Shown here piece by piece: positions 1-12,050 of a DNA stretch of 64,000 bases. The DNA comes from Heteronotia binoei (taxonomy: Eukaryota). The notes beneath the pieces were generated by a model that saw only the letters and a list, made by a program, of their open reading frames with translations, had not been told where the DNA came from and ran no database searches. Location: NCBI RefSeq assembly GCF_032191835.1, contig NC_083233.1, positions 48,918,001 through 48,982,000 of the forward strand, written 5' to 3'. Every line of letters starts with the position of its first letter. Within the stretch, counting starts at the first letter, position 1. Position numbers and translations under genes: made by a program.

Positions 1-484
1 AAGGCAGGACGGGAAACAACACAGGCTGGAAATACAAAGTGCAGTGCTAGCCTAACCCAGTTTGTTTTCTAAGCTGCAGACGCCCCTGCTTTTGTGGTGT
101 GGTTGATCATCCAGTGATGTAAAATTCAGAACAGAACTGGGTTTTTGCAGGCATGGTCAAGAGAGCCGCACCCTAACAACTTCTTCTGTAGCCTGAGTGC
201 CCAACAGCCTCCTCTACCACAGCCAGCAAAGGGCTTTCAGGGGCTAGCATAGAAACTCTCCCCACCCCACAAGGTTACAACCCATTGAACATGTGAGACA
301 GGCAAAGAACACATGTGGAGCATGGAAAGCAATTTCTCCAGTGCCCAGAAGTTTAAATCTTCCCCCATCATGAGGATCACTGGCCCTTGCTGCTCCTTCA
401 GCAGCTGTATGGTACCTGCAGTTCTAACCCTTGTAACATCCTCTCTCTGTACCCAGCAGTGCATTGTCCTGAGCCCTCTTTAGG

Positions 485-660
485 TGCATGGTGGTAGAGT
501 ACCTGTTCTGCCTGCAGGAAATCTCGGGTTTAATCCCTGGACTCTCCCATAGAACAGACTTGGTAGCTGATGTGCAAGACCTCGCTGCTGTCAGTAAGAG
601 CAGGCAGTACTGACCTGAATAGACCAATGGTCTGCCTCTGTAGAAGGCAGCTTCGTGTTT
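485..660 (+). mobile_element. Old copy of the tRNA-derived SINE family with a CR1-like 3' tail
   Basis: Degenerate tRNA-like head (GTGGTAGAGT...GGGTTTAATCCC) and body similar to the younger copies at 31163-31415 and 55046-55262. Confidence 0.65.
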
Positions 661-1689
661 GCAGGTGAAGCTGACAATCAGATCCAGACTGAACCACGAG
701 ACCTCAGCTAATGGACCTGATTGCTTGGCATCAAATTATAAACCCAAAGCAACCGCCCTGTGCGTGTGTGTGTCGTGGAACTCATAACTCATTCTAGAAA
801 CTTCTAATCAGTCAAGTTCTCAAAGAAAAATCCTGGTGTGTATTCATCTGCCATAGACTTCACAAAGTGGGACTTTCCCACTCCTCCCTGAAATGTTGTT
901 CCTGGGGGGTCAGGAAACCAGGGGACCTGCAGCAGGAAGCAAGGATTGTTGGAGACTGCATGTCTCTTTGCCACAAATATAAATTCCATTCCACTGGAAG
1001 AACAGTGCAGTCGGATGCCAGGGCATTAGCAGACACTTGACACAGTACAGCACTGATTGCACTGGCTTCCAAGCTGTTTCCAGGCCTGCTTGCAAAGTAC
1101 CCGAAGGGCTGCCTTCACCCAACCTGCTCAGGTCTGACCCCAGGAACCTTCCCTTTCAGAGGTGTGGCAGGGGCTGGGAGCCCTGGGGGGGGGGGCCCCT
1201 GCTCAGCTGCTGCCCTTAACTAGGGAACTCCCTTCCCCGCTACCGACAGAGCAGCAGGGGTCTCCATCAATTAAAAAAAACCTGCTCTGTTCCAAAAAGG
1301 CACTGGAAGATTCTTGCTCTGCTTTGCCTGCAGTTCTAATGGTGAGAGGAACTAACTAAAGGGGAAGCCTCCTGGCCCGCTTTGCTGGCTACAGAATACC
1401 GAACCACAGTTGATTCTTTGGACTGACTACCTTAGCTCTTTATGGGAAGGAATCACAGCAGCAACGGGCTCACTTGACACAGAAGGCGGCAGAACTGGGG
1501 AAGCATGAGGGTTGGGTTGCCAACAAACCGGGAGGGGGGAGTCCTGTCTGTTTAACAAAAGCTTCATGTGATGTTATTTACTTCCGTGCCATAAAAAAAC
1601 ACTTCAACAAGTTAACACTCTAATAAAGAGCCAGGCCGTTCTTCTCCAAGCCTGTTGGGAGTGGGATCCTGACTGGGGAGTCTGGACCG

Positions 1690-2330
1690 TTGCCGGGGGC
1701 AACAAATAAAGCCTTTGCCTTCGACGCACTATTGGAACAGACCCACATGCTCTTTCTTTCTTGCCCAGCCAGGGTGGGATGGGCGGCTGAGCGGGGGACG
1801 CCGCCGAGCTGCAAAGAGGCATTCCTGCCCTTGAGCAACAGGCGGACTAACCAGTTCCCGGGACTGCCCCGCAATTGTGCGCGACCTTCTCTGAACCAGA
1901 TGCGCCGCTCCGGACTCGCACCCAGAAACTGACTAATCCGCCTCTGCCCTGCAGCCCCTCCCGCGCGCTCGCTCTCCCCCACTTTCTCGACGGGACTTTT
2001 ACGCACCTGCAGCTCCGTCAACAGCTCGCCGCCCCTTTCATCAGCCGCCCGTGACGTCAGTCGCTGCCGGGCTGAGGTCCGTGATTGGCTGGAGGCTGCG
2101 GCGGCCACCCCGCCCCCGCCCCGGGCTCTGGTCCGCCTGTGCGCGGCGCTGCAGGGAGGGAGAGCAAAGGCTGGAAATAGCTCTGGGATGCAGAAGGGCG
2201 GGCAGGGTTACAGCGGCCTGGGACACCGCCAGCTGGCCCGAGAAGCGCCGTCGACTTGACTTGCAGTCCAGGGCGAGAGGCCGAGAAACAGCCAGAGTGC
2301 CAGGGGCCAAAAGGCCCTACGTACCAGTTT
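1690..2330 (-). promoter_or_regulatory. CpG-island promoter of a minus-strand gene running off the left edge
   Basis: CpG-dense. GC boxes at 2108-2121, CCAAT (ATTGG on plus, 2084-2088) and a full CRE TGACGTCA (2052-2059) are ordered towards a start near 2045, followed by a strong donor CAG|GTGCGT at 2007/2006. Confidence 0.8.
2007..2050 (-). other. Probable non-coding first exon of an unidentified gene (FATE1 is only a synteny guess)
   Basis: The donor site is seen in the sequence; the TSS is inferred. The only ATG opens a 7-codon ORF. In human, FATE1 follows PRRG3 in the same orientation, but I recognised no FATE1 coding exon. Confidence 0.55.
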
Positions 2331-3079
2331 TGGAAATAAATGGGTCTGCTTTAATACTGAAATGTCACCGAGAGCCTACCAGCCCCTGGCAAATATTCCC
2401 CTCAGCCCCCGCCCAGGCGCTCTCTTGTTCTGTACCCTGACCAAGTTGTAGCGGGGCTCTGCCAACCAAACGCAATGGTCTCAGGCCTCCTATCCCTTGT
2501 CCCAGCCTCTTTCATGCAGACAAGTAAGGCTGTGCCAGTTCCTTGCTTCAACTCTTTAATCGTTTAAATAAGTAAGTTCAAAATTATTCAGTCAGCTGCA
2601 TGGTTGTTTCTGTGGACTTCAATGGGAAATACAGTTTTTTGGATGCAGTTTCCCCACCCAACACTGTGTTGGCAACACACAGTTAAGACAAAACTTTTAG
2701 GGGGTGTACACTGTGCCCCTTATCCGAGGAATACTCTGCAAAACTGGAAAGCAGGAGAATATGGCTCCATTTTAGAGACAATTAAAATTCTTCCTTCTGG
2801 AGTGGGTCAGGAGATTGAGGTGTGGATGAGTTAGTTTTCCTCCTTTTCAGGGTCTATATTTAAACATAAATGAAGCATGCCCACAACAGATGAACTGGAG
2901 CCTAAGATGCCCACATCTCTTACATCTTGAGAGCCAATTTGGTGTAGTGGTTAAGTGTGCCAACTCTAATCTGGAGAACCAGTTTGATTCCCCACCTCCT
3001 CCACATGCAGCTGCTGGGTGACCTTGGGTCAGTCACTCACAGTTCTCTCAGAACTCTCTCAGCCCCACTACCTCGCAAG

Positions 3080-4655
3080 CAGTGTTTCCTCTAAGCTGAG
3101 TTAGTTGCCCTGGTAGATGACCTTCAATGGCAGGTGTTGGTTGCCCTGGTAGATGACCTTCAACAGCTTCTGGACCAGGGCGACTCAGCGGTGCTGATGT
3201 TGTTGGACCTGTCGGCAGCGTTCGACACAGTCAACCATCAGCTACTGACCTGCCACCTCGCCAACGCGGGGATTCAGGGGTTGGCCTTACAATGGCTTTC
3301 CTCTTTCCTTGAAGGTCGGGAACAAAGGGTTGCGATTGGGGGTGAACTGTCCCGGAGACACACGCTTGATTGCAGAGTGCCTCAGCGAGTAGTTCTCTCC
3401 CCAATGTTATTTAACATCTATATGCGCCCCCTTGCCCAGATTGCTTGAAGGTATGGGCTGGGTTGTCACCAGTACGCTGATGACACCCAGCTCTATCTGC
3501 TTATGGAGGGACGGACGGCCTGCGTCCCAGAAAATTTGGACCAGGCGTTACAGGCCGTGGCTAGGTGGCTCGGGCTGAGGCTGAATCCGGCGAAGACAGA
3601 GGTCCTTTGCTTGGGTCGTCGTGGTCCAGGAGGGGAATCCCCCTGCCAGTTTTTGACGGTGCGCCGCTGACAGCAGTGCACAAGGTCAAGAGTTTGGGGG
3701 TACTATTGGAGCCTTGCTTAACGATGAAGGCTCAGATAGCAGCCACTGCTAAGTCCGCATTTTTTCATCTTAGGCGGGCGAGGCAGTTGGCTCCTTTCCT
3801 GGAGCATGACGACCTAGCAATGGTGATCCATGCAATGGTCACCTCGAGGTTGGACTACTGTAATGCCCTCTACATGGGGCTGCCCTTGTGCCAAACCCGG
3901 AAGTTGCAGTTAGTGCAGAATGCCGCCGCCCGGTTGTTATTGGGGTTCCCAAGATGGGAGCACATTCGGCCAGGGCTCCGGACTCTGCACTGGCTGCCAA
4001 TAATATACCGAGTTCGGTACAAGGTGCTGGTTATTACCTTTAAAGCCCTATATGGCCTAGGACCTGCCTACCTTAGGGACCGTCTCTCCCCACATGTTCC
4101 CCAGAGAGTACTGAGATCGGGATCTCAAAATCTGCTTGTTATCCCTGGGCCAAAGGAGGCCCGCCTGCAATCCACCAGGGACAGGGCCTTCTCTGTAACG
4201 GCTCCTTTCTGGTGGAACCAACTGCCGGAAGAAGTGAGGGCCCTGCAAGACCTTGGCCAGTTCAACAGGGCCTGTAAAACAGCCCTCTTCTGGCTGGCTT
4301 ATAATTAACTGGCATTGGAAGCTGAGTGTAGTTTGATAGACCGCCGTTATATGTTTTATTATTTTACTGTTTTAACTGTGTAAGATGTTTTAAATTCAAA
4401 AATTATGTTAGATTTTTATGTGTTGTGAGCTGCCCTGAGCCACTTCTGTGGGAAGGGCAGGATATAAATTTAAATAAACTTGAGTTAGCATGAGCTAGCT
4501 CACAGATTTTTAGCCTCCAGCTCACACATTTTTGTCTTAGCTCTGGAGGGATGACCCAAAAACACAATAATTTATGCAGTAGCTCACAACTTTAATGCCA
4601 GTAGCTCACAAAGAAGAATTTTTGATCACAAGACTGCAGCTTAGAGGGAACATTG
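3080..4655 (-). mobile_element. hAT-type MITE (TIR CAGTGTTCCCTCTAAGCTG), split into 3080-3104 and 4481-4655 by an L2 insertion
   Basis: TIRs at both ends, near-perfect 8-bp TSD CTCGCAAG (3072-3079) / CTCACAAG (4656-4663); reverse complement of the intact copy at 37632-37842. Confidence 0.85.
3105..4480 (+). mobile_element. 5'-truncated L2-clade LINE (reverse transcriptase C-terminal part and 3' UTR)
   Basis: ORFs 3134-3448 and 3565-4308 carry RT motifs (LLDLSAAFDTV, YADD coding at 3473-3484, SRLDYCN, LHWLP, WNQLP). L2-type 3' end; flanked by the TGAGTTAG duplication. Confidence 0.93.
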
Positions 4656-6239
4656 CTCACAAGGTGTCTGCTTTGGGGAAAGGAAGGGAAGGAGCTTGTA
4701 AACTGCTCTGAGACTCTAAGTGAAAGGCAGGATATAAATCCAGTCTCCTTCTCCTCTTCTTCTTCGCCTTCAGCATGTCCTCTCTGCTGATTTTCAGTAC
4801 CGGTGACTGGTTGGAAGCAAAATGCTAAAAGATCTCCAGAATAAGAAGAAGGATAAGGCCAAGTTTATTTCCTTCGGTCTGTGAAGTTTCTTTACACATG
4901 AAAGAGACTTTGCCTCTCTTCTGGGCCCCAAGACAGCTTCTGGGGAAGGTATAGGTGAACTGCCATTGCATGCTTTAATGCTTTCACATGAACTTAAAGT
5001 GAGGTTGAAACTGAGATCTGCATAATGTGATCCCATCATGCAGGGGCAGACTCAGGACTGTTTACAGGGATTTCTTTTTGTGGGGTGGGGGAGCTGCCCT
5101 GGAGACTCCCAACATGTCTGAATGAGTGTAGTCAGCACCTTTCCCCTTCTCCTCTGTGGACATTCTGCCATGCCTGACCTATCTCATGGGATGCACTGTG
5201 GGGCATGCCTCTTTCCCTATCTCCCCCTATCCCACCACCTACTTTCCAGACAAGATAAGTGACATGTGCCCCCCCCAATCTAAAAATTCACATTAGAACA
5301 CAAATTGCCTTTTCCCAGCCACATCCCAAAGCACTTTGTCCGCTGAAACATGAAATTAGACAAAATCTGCAGAGAAAGACTGCTGGGAGGGAAAGGCCAG
5401 AGACAAAAGGGTTAAGCATCCTCATGGATGCTTTTGTTGTCTTCAAAAGTTGGGAGACCTGCAGGTGTCCCCTCTGTGACTCTGCATCCCATCTATATTA
5501 GCCCTAGGATATAATCTCATGGGACCCAATCCATTTAAGACTCACAGTGACCCTAAAGTGTCAAGAAACTCCAGTGGGTCCAAAATGTAGCAGCCAAGCT
5601 AATGGTCAGGGAACCAGGAGTCAGACCAACCCTATGCTGAAAGATATCCACTAGCTGCCCATCTGTTTCCAGAAAGAATTCAAATCTTGGGAATGGGGAC
5701 TTGAAGAATTGCCTCCTACTCTGTCATCCAGCCTGCTAATCAAGAAGTAATTCCCAATCCCTGCTCTCTGTGCTTCTGCTACAGAACTGAGTCTGGTGGT
5801 GACCAAAGCCAGGGCTTTTTTGTGGTGGGTAGCCACACTGAGTCAAGGGAGCCTCCACATTCAGTCCTTTAAACCCTGATTCTAAGAGGCAGCATCAGGG
5901 GATGGCCTCTGTGCCCTCTTTTTCAGCCTTTCAGGGAAACTGGTTGGCCGCGGTATAGAACAGGATGCTGAGACTACATGGACCACTGTTCTGACCCAGC
6001 AGGGCTCTCCTTATGTAATGCCCTCTCCCTTGAGACTCACCATGTTCCTACATTATGGTCTTTTAGGCATCAGGCCAAAACATTTCTAGACTTTTAAGTA
6101 AGAGTTTCATTTGTAGAGCCCATTGGAAGATCTATGAGGTGGCAGTGTCAGCAGCAAAGAAATTTATTTCTTGGCAGCTATTGCATTAGTTAGTTCATGA
6201 CCATCCCATTAGTTTAAGGTAGCTTGACATCTGCTGACT

Positions 6240-7130
6240 TCTAAATGTGAGCTTTTGTTGTCTCAGGAGCAGACAATTAATTAGCTTTGCAACGTTTTTT
6301 GCTGATAAAATAACACGAATATACTTTGATCTGAATGTTGGCTGTAATATAAGTGAGGCAGAAGAAATGCCTCACACATCATCTGTTCTGTTTATGGACC
6401 AGTTTCATCAAGTTCCCATGATAGATGTTGACAGGATCCTGGGATCCCTGAAGGCCATGATGTGCCCTGGATCCTTGCCCATCCTGGCTGCTAAAATCAT
6501 GTGAAAACTACGTAAATGAGCCCTTGATGTCTATCATAAATCAGTCACTAACCCATGCCACCTTCCTTTGGCAGTTATCAATTCACTACTTTAAAATAAA
6601 AACACTCCTGTAGAAAACAGATGTGGTCCATTATCAACCAGTCTCTAATCTGCACTTCCTGGGCAAAATGATTGAGAGAGCTCTGGCAGATCAACTCCAG
6701 GTCTTCTTGGATAATTCATCTGCACTGGACCCTTTTCAGTCTCGTTTCAGACCAGGCTATGCGACAGCAATGGCTCTGGTGGCTTTAGTTGATGACCTCC
6801 GTTTGCATGTAGATAAAGGCCATGTTTCTTTGCTACTCCTACTGGATTTATCTGCAGCCTATGATATGCTAGATCATCCCATCCTGAGGTGTTTGGTGGC
6901 AGGAGATATCAGAGGATGTGCCTTGGACTGGTTTAAATCACTGCTCACAGATTGGACTCAAAGGGTATCTGTTATCTTCAGAGTGGGAGCTGTCCTGTAG
7001 GGGTTGACAGGGTGTAATTTCACACACACACAGCATGTTATTCAATCTCTATGTAAAGCCCTTTGGAGAAATTATTCATAGCTTTGCAATGGATGTCATC
7101 AATATACCCATGATGACAATATGCTGATGA
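6240..7130 (+). mobile_element. Older, decayed L2-clade LINE RT fragment
   Basis: ORF 6623-7000 has YQPVSNLHFLGK, DPFQSRFRPG and LLLLLDLSAAYD; stops and frameshifts lie around it. Confidence 0.85.
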
Positions 7131-7164
7131 TGATGGAAGAAGGGCTTTATAACCAAAGATGAAT

Positions 7165-8298
7165 AATAGAATCATCAAGTTGGAAGGGACATCCAGGGTC
7201 ATCTAATCCAATCCCCTGCTCTCTCTCTCGGCTTGGCTTCGCAAACGAAGATTTAAGAAGGGTGCAATAGTCCACGTTTGCTGCAGGCTCGCTGGTGGCT
7301 GACAAGACCAATGCGGGACAGGCAGGTCCGGCCACAGCGGCTGCAGGGAAAAGTCTGATTTAGGGTTGGTCCTGTAGCAGTGCGATTCTTCCTCAATCTC
7401 CTTTTGTCCTCAAGACCAGCTATGCGTGCGTTCTCAAAGGAAGAGACAGCCTGGTGGATGGTGTGCCCCCATGCTTCGCGATCTGAGGCTAGGTCAGACC
7501 ACTGGTGATGGTTGATGTGACAGGTGCTAAGGGATTTCTTCAAGGAGTCCTTGTACCTCTTCTTTGGTGCCCCTCTATTTCGATGGCCGGTGGAGAGTTC
7601 GCCATACAGGGCAATCTTGGGAAGGTGGTGGTTTTCCATCCTAGAAATATGACCTGCCCAGCGCAGCTGCGTCTTCAACAGCAGTGCCTCGATGCTGGTA
7701 ACCTCCGCCCGCTTGAGGACTTCAGTGTTCGTCACAAAGTCACTCCAGTGGATGTTGAGGATGGTGCGAAGGCAGCGCTGATGAAAGCGCTCAAGGAGTC
7801 GCAGGTGATGACGGTATAAAACCCACAATTCGGAGCCATAGATGAGGGTTGTCATCACAACCGCTTTGTAAACATTGATCTTTGTGCCTTTTTTCAGATG
7901 CTTGTTGCTCCACAATGCAGAAAAATCACAAGTACCTCCCTCAGCCCTCCTTCTTATGACCCGCCTAAGTTCACAGAACCAGCACTAATGCCAAATGGTC
8001 ATCTACCCTCTGTTTAAAAAACTCCAAAGGAGAGCCCACCACCTCCCAAGGAAGCCTGTTCCACTGAGGAACCACTCTGTCAGAAAGCTCTTCCTAATGT
8101 TTAGCCAAAAACTCTTTTGATGTAATTTCAACCTGTTGGTTCTGGCCCGACCTTCTAGGCAACAGAAAACAACTCCACACCATCCTTTGTATGACAGACC
8201 TTCAAGTACTTGATGATGATCATATCATCTCAGCCATCTCCTCTCCAGGCTAAATATACTCAGCTCCTTCAACCTTTCCTCAGAGGACTTGGTCTCTT
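7165..8298 (-). mobile_element. CR1 LINE 3' fragment interrupted by an RTE insertion
   Basis: Reverse complement of a CR1 3' end (ATAAGAATCAT...GGAAGGGAC...CCCCTGC) resumes as ACAATGCAG at 7912 and runs into antisense CR1 ORF2 (ERLKELSIFSLERRWLR in ORF 8225-8431). Confidence 0.8.
7220..7914 (-). mobile_element. 5'-truncated RTE-clade LINE with an uninterrupted ORF end
   Basis: ORF 7253-7915: LIYGSELW, RFHQRCLRTIL, QLRWAGHISRM, PKIALYGEL and a C-terminal C2H2-type finger FPCSRCGRTCLSRIGLVSHQRAC; short 3' UTR and (GA)n tail. Confidence 0.92.
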
Positions 8299-9399
8299 CT
8301 TGATCCAAAGCACTCCCCTGTGGCTTTTTAACTTGAATACATCTCAGGATATTTGACTGCCTCTGGACAGCCATTTTCTTCAGGAGAACTGATCTCTGCA
8401 ATTGTAATTCAAGGAGATCTTCAGGCTTCACCTGGAGGCTGGCAACCTATTGATCACAGAAGGGCTCGCTTGAGAACCAGTGTAGTCCAGTGACAAGAAT
8501 GCTTTCAAAAGAGATCTCTCTAGTTCAATTCATTGCTCAGCTATGGAGCTCAGAATGTCACTCTGGGCCTGTCCCCCTCTCTCAGTCTAGCCTAAAATGG
8601 GAAAGAGAACAGTAGAGTAGACACCACTCAAAGGCAGGGTAAAATCAAAATGCAATGGATACTCCTCAGCTGAGAACTCAAGAGGATTAAAGCCACTACA
8701 CTGAATGAGTCTGCAAGTGTTTTTTGTTTTGTTTTTTAATAAATTTCTTTTCACAGAAACAGACTGGGGTTTACAGAGTATCAACTGCAGGGTTTGTTAC
8801 CATGAAAGCTGAAGAGGATGGCCATTCCTCCAGCAAGATTCTCCGGCATGTCATTTACAGTCCTGGCAGCAAAGACTCTGAGGGAGAGAGGGAGCCACAC
8901 AGACCAACAACAGGGCAGGCTCAGAGCATTGCGGGCCCAGAAGCCTGGATATGAGAAAGGCCACAAACCAGCAGCTCACTGTCATATTTCACAGTGGATG
9001 GGGTGAGTGTGGGAGATCTGATGTGGACAAACACGGGGAGTTTTATGTCTGAATGTCCTGGAGGGAATTCTATTTTCCAACTGCCTGACTTCAAGGAACG
9101 CTTTAGGGAAAGGTTAAGCATCCAACATTACAACACAACAGCAGTTGTAGGGAGCGCTGCTGCACCTCTTCATCTCAGGAACGGATTCACACCATCGCAT
9201 GTTGAAAGTCAGCCCACAAGGCTATCTGCATGGAGGTCAACCCTGCAGAAATGCCAGGCCCACCTCACAAGGAGCTGCTGCCATAAATTCAGGATTCTCA
9301 GGAGGAGCTGTGGCTAAAATGTTCCAGGCAGAGCTCACCAAAAACTGTGCCTGCAAAGTTGCATGACCCGCAATCTATTTGGATGCGGTTTTTCACGTT

Positions 9400-9405
9400 T
9401 TTATT
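9400..9405 (-). terminator. Candidate PRRG3 polyadenylation signal (AATAAA)
   Basis: TTTATT on plus, about 3.9 kb past the stop. One of several candidates (another at 10522-10527); not decidable from sequence. Confidence 0.25.
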
Positions 9406-9466
9406 GAAAAGCCCTGTCAAGTCACCACTTGTGCTCAAAGCTAGGAAGCTTCCAGATCAAACCTCA

Positions 9467-9707
9467 TAGGGTTGCCAGGTTCCCCCTGGCTGCCAGCAGG
9501 GGGGGGGGGCGGGATGATCACTAACTCCAGGTTGAGAAGTTCCTGGAAATTTCGTAGTGAGGCCTGGGGAGGATAGGGACCTCTGTGGGGTACAGTGCTA
9601 TAGAGTCCACCCACCAAAGCATCCATTTTCTCCAGTGGAACTGATTTCTGAAGTTGAGCTGTAATTCCGGGGGATCTCCAGGTCCCACCTGGAGACTGGC
9701 ATCCCTA
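9467..9707. mobile_element. hAT-type MITE of the abundant TAGGGTTGCCA-TIR family
   Basis: TAGGGTTGCCAG at the left, CTGGCATCCCTA at the right; interior matches the reverse complement of the copy at 30762-30980. Confidence 0.75.
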
Positions 9708-11854
9708 TCCACCTGCATTATTACTATGATAACAACAGGGCCTCTTTTACAAGGCCACTGTGAGGTTTAACACAGCCAAAGTCTTTAAACTCCTGAAATG
9801 TCCAAGATCACTATCATCATCCTGGGTAAGTTGCCTTGAAGGCCTGAAATGGGTCAAAAGGTGATTAGAAATTTAATTATAGAACACGCATGCACCTGTA
9901 AAGCCAAGCCACCAGCAGCATCACTTCCACATTTAGCCTGCATGTCATCTGCCATCCATGCCTGAGGAATGGACCATGAAAAAGCGAGCTGCATCACCAA
10001 AATGGCTTGCTGGTTTTCTATCATGTTTTGGAAGCAGCTTTTGCTGAGACAGTGAATAAATACTTTTTAGTTCTTCCTGATTTTACAAACCAAAAAAAGA
10101 GGGGAGCTAGAGCTTTCTTTGGTTAGTGTTTATGCTGCTGTTCGCAGCATAAAAGCTTAACGGAAGCAAGGGGGAAAGGAGGCATCAGAGAGCCCAAAAT
10201 ATGCTGGGGGAGAGTCAGGCAAGGCTCTGATGCACTCTAAGTTGTAAACAGCGTGAGGGGTGACTAGAAGCCAGTCTTCCTCTCTGGCTTCCACAGACCC
10301 TGAGCAGTTGACATCCCCCCTCTCAGGCTAATGGAAGGACCTTCCCCAACAAGATCCTGTTAGCAGTCTTGCCAGTCCATGTACGGTATTGACAAGAACA
10401 CTTGAGGTGATGCTTGCAGGGGCTTCCTCGCATTCACAAGTTTTTTTGCACTCTCATCCAGCTTTGGGGAAATCCTCACCTAGGGTGGGAAGGAAAAGGA
10501 GAGGTTGGCTCTTGGTGGTCTTTTATTTCTTGCTCTGTTCCAATTTATATTCTGCCTCCCCTAAGTCTGCGCTATAGGGCAGGGTGGGAATCCTCCCAAC
10601 CACAAGTCTGTTTAAAAGTTTGATTTCCATTTGCTGTTGTTTGTGTCAATTCCATGACACAACATTGGCTTTATGCAAATAAATAAATAAATAAATCCAT
10701 TTCTTGTTACACAATGCACACTTTGCTTTAAACATCTACAAAAGGGGGGTGAAGCAACATATGTGGTAAACACACCACTGGCAATACCTGCCTAAGTTTT
10801 AGCACCATTGAGAAGGAAGTGTGTTGGGAGGGGGACACTGAGCACACCTTGAGCCTGAGCCAACCATGCCACATTGCAGAAGGAGACAAGCTCCATTTGT
10901 CTATGGCATGAAAGGAAGCATCATATAAGAGGGACCGGAGGCATTACCCCCCTGCCTAGTCCGCTGCTAGGGGACTGTGCCATAGATCCTTACACTTCTG
11001 GGCAGCTGCTGTGGAGGCTTTCCTTCACTACCGTACTTTCCCCCTCTTCTGTGTGCCCAGGATCAATCTTTTTCAAGGAGTTACGCACACAGAGGACGTG
11101 AGTACCACAGCAGAGGAAAGCCTTCACAGCAGCCAGAGAGAAGCACAAGGGAGATGATGTCATAGGATCCAAAACCATATCTTATTCTGGATTGGTCACT
11201 ACCTTTTCAGAAAGGTATAGACAAATGTGGGGGGGGGGGGACTGCTAAGAAAGAAACAAGGATGATGGAGTGTACAGTGAATAACAGACAAGGCTGAGCT
11301 GAAAGAGCCAATCAGACATGATCTCATACCTGGCTTCTGCTGGCATTCAGATCAGAACTGCAGCATCCAAGTAGAAAGAGATATAGCCCCCCCTGACCTG
11401 CATTATTTCTTAGACTTGAAATAACTAGTGGGACCACTTTTAGACTCTCTGGGGGAACTTATAGGTAGTCATCCATATGCTTCCCCAGTAGGTAAACAGC
11501 AGCTCCCCAGGCCCCAGGTGCTATTTCCAGCTGAGGAAAGAGCACCAAAAAAAAGGCTAAAGCCCTCTCTTTCAACAGTCCCATCCAAACTGGGCCTGCA
11601 CACACTTTGGAAAATGAGCCCCACACATAGAACTCTGAGAACATGTCTGTTGACAAGGCCTGTGTAAGTGAGCTCCAGTGGCCAATGCCAAATATCCAAA
11701 AGGAGATACGGAACACAGCAAAAGCTAGTGAAGGGAGGCTCAGCTAAAAAGATTTACACTGAAAAAGATTCACTAAAGCAGGTGGCTTCATCCTTTCTTT
11801 CTAGTCAGATTAAGGGGAGACTGGATAAAGACCACTCAGGTTTTGCAGGCTGTG

Positions 11855-12050
11855 GCAAAGTGGAAGAGCCTCTGCTTTGCATGCAGAAGGTCCCAGGTTC
11901 AACCCCCAGAATCTCCAGTTAAAAGAACCAAGCAAGAGGTAATGTGAAAAACCTCTACCTGAGACTCTGGAGAGCTGCTGCTAGTCTGAGTAAACAATGC
12001 TAATCTTAATGGACCAGTGGGTCTGATTCAGTATAAGGCAGCTTCACATG
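11855..12050 (+). mobile_element. tRNA-derived SINE with CR1-like tail, within the probable PRRG3 3' UTR
   Basis: GCAGAAGGTCCCAGGTTCAACCCC head and GGTCTGATTCAGTATAAGGCAGCTTC tail, same family as 55046-55262. Confidence 0.8.

Larger units (their letters stand above)
2929..4765 (+). mobile_element. tRNA-derived SINE with L2-type tail (Squam3-like), split into 2929-3079 and 4656-4765 by nested insertions
   Basis: A-box TGGTGTAGTGG and B-box-like GTTTGATTCCC in the left half. The right half continues the same family as intact copies at 24591 and 30356, ending GGATATAAATCC-(CTT)n. Confidence 0.85.

Noticed and set aside
804-989. GGVGKS P-loop-like motif in a short minus ORF
   Set aside because: The first Walker A glycine is missing, a stop follows within about 16 codons, and there is no usable donor; probably chance.
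1620-2108. 162-aa minus ORF in the first CpG island
   Set aside because: Starts at GTG, runs through a strong splice donor into intron, and has GC-rich low-information composition.
3565-4308. 247-aa and other long RT-like ORFs (6623-7000, 7253-7915, 35864-36388) as host genes
   Set aside because: All are truncated LINE ORF2 fragments with LINE 3' ends.
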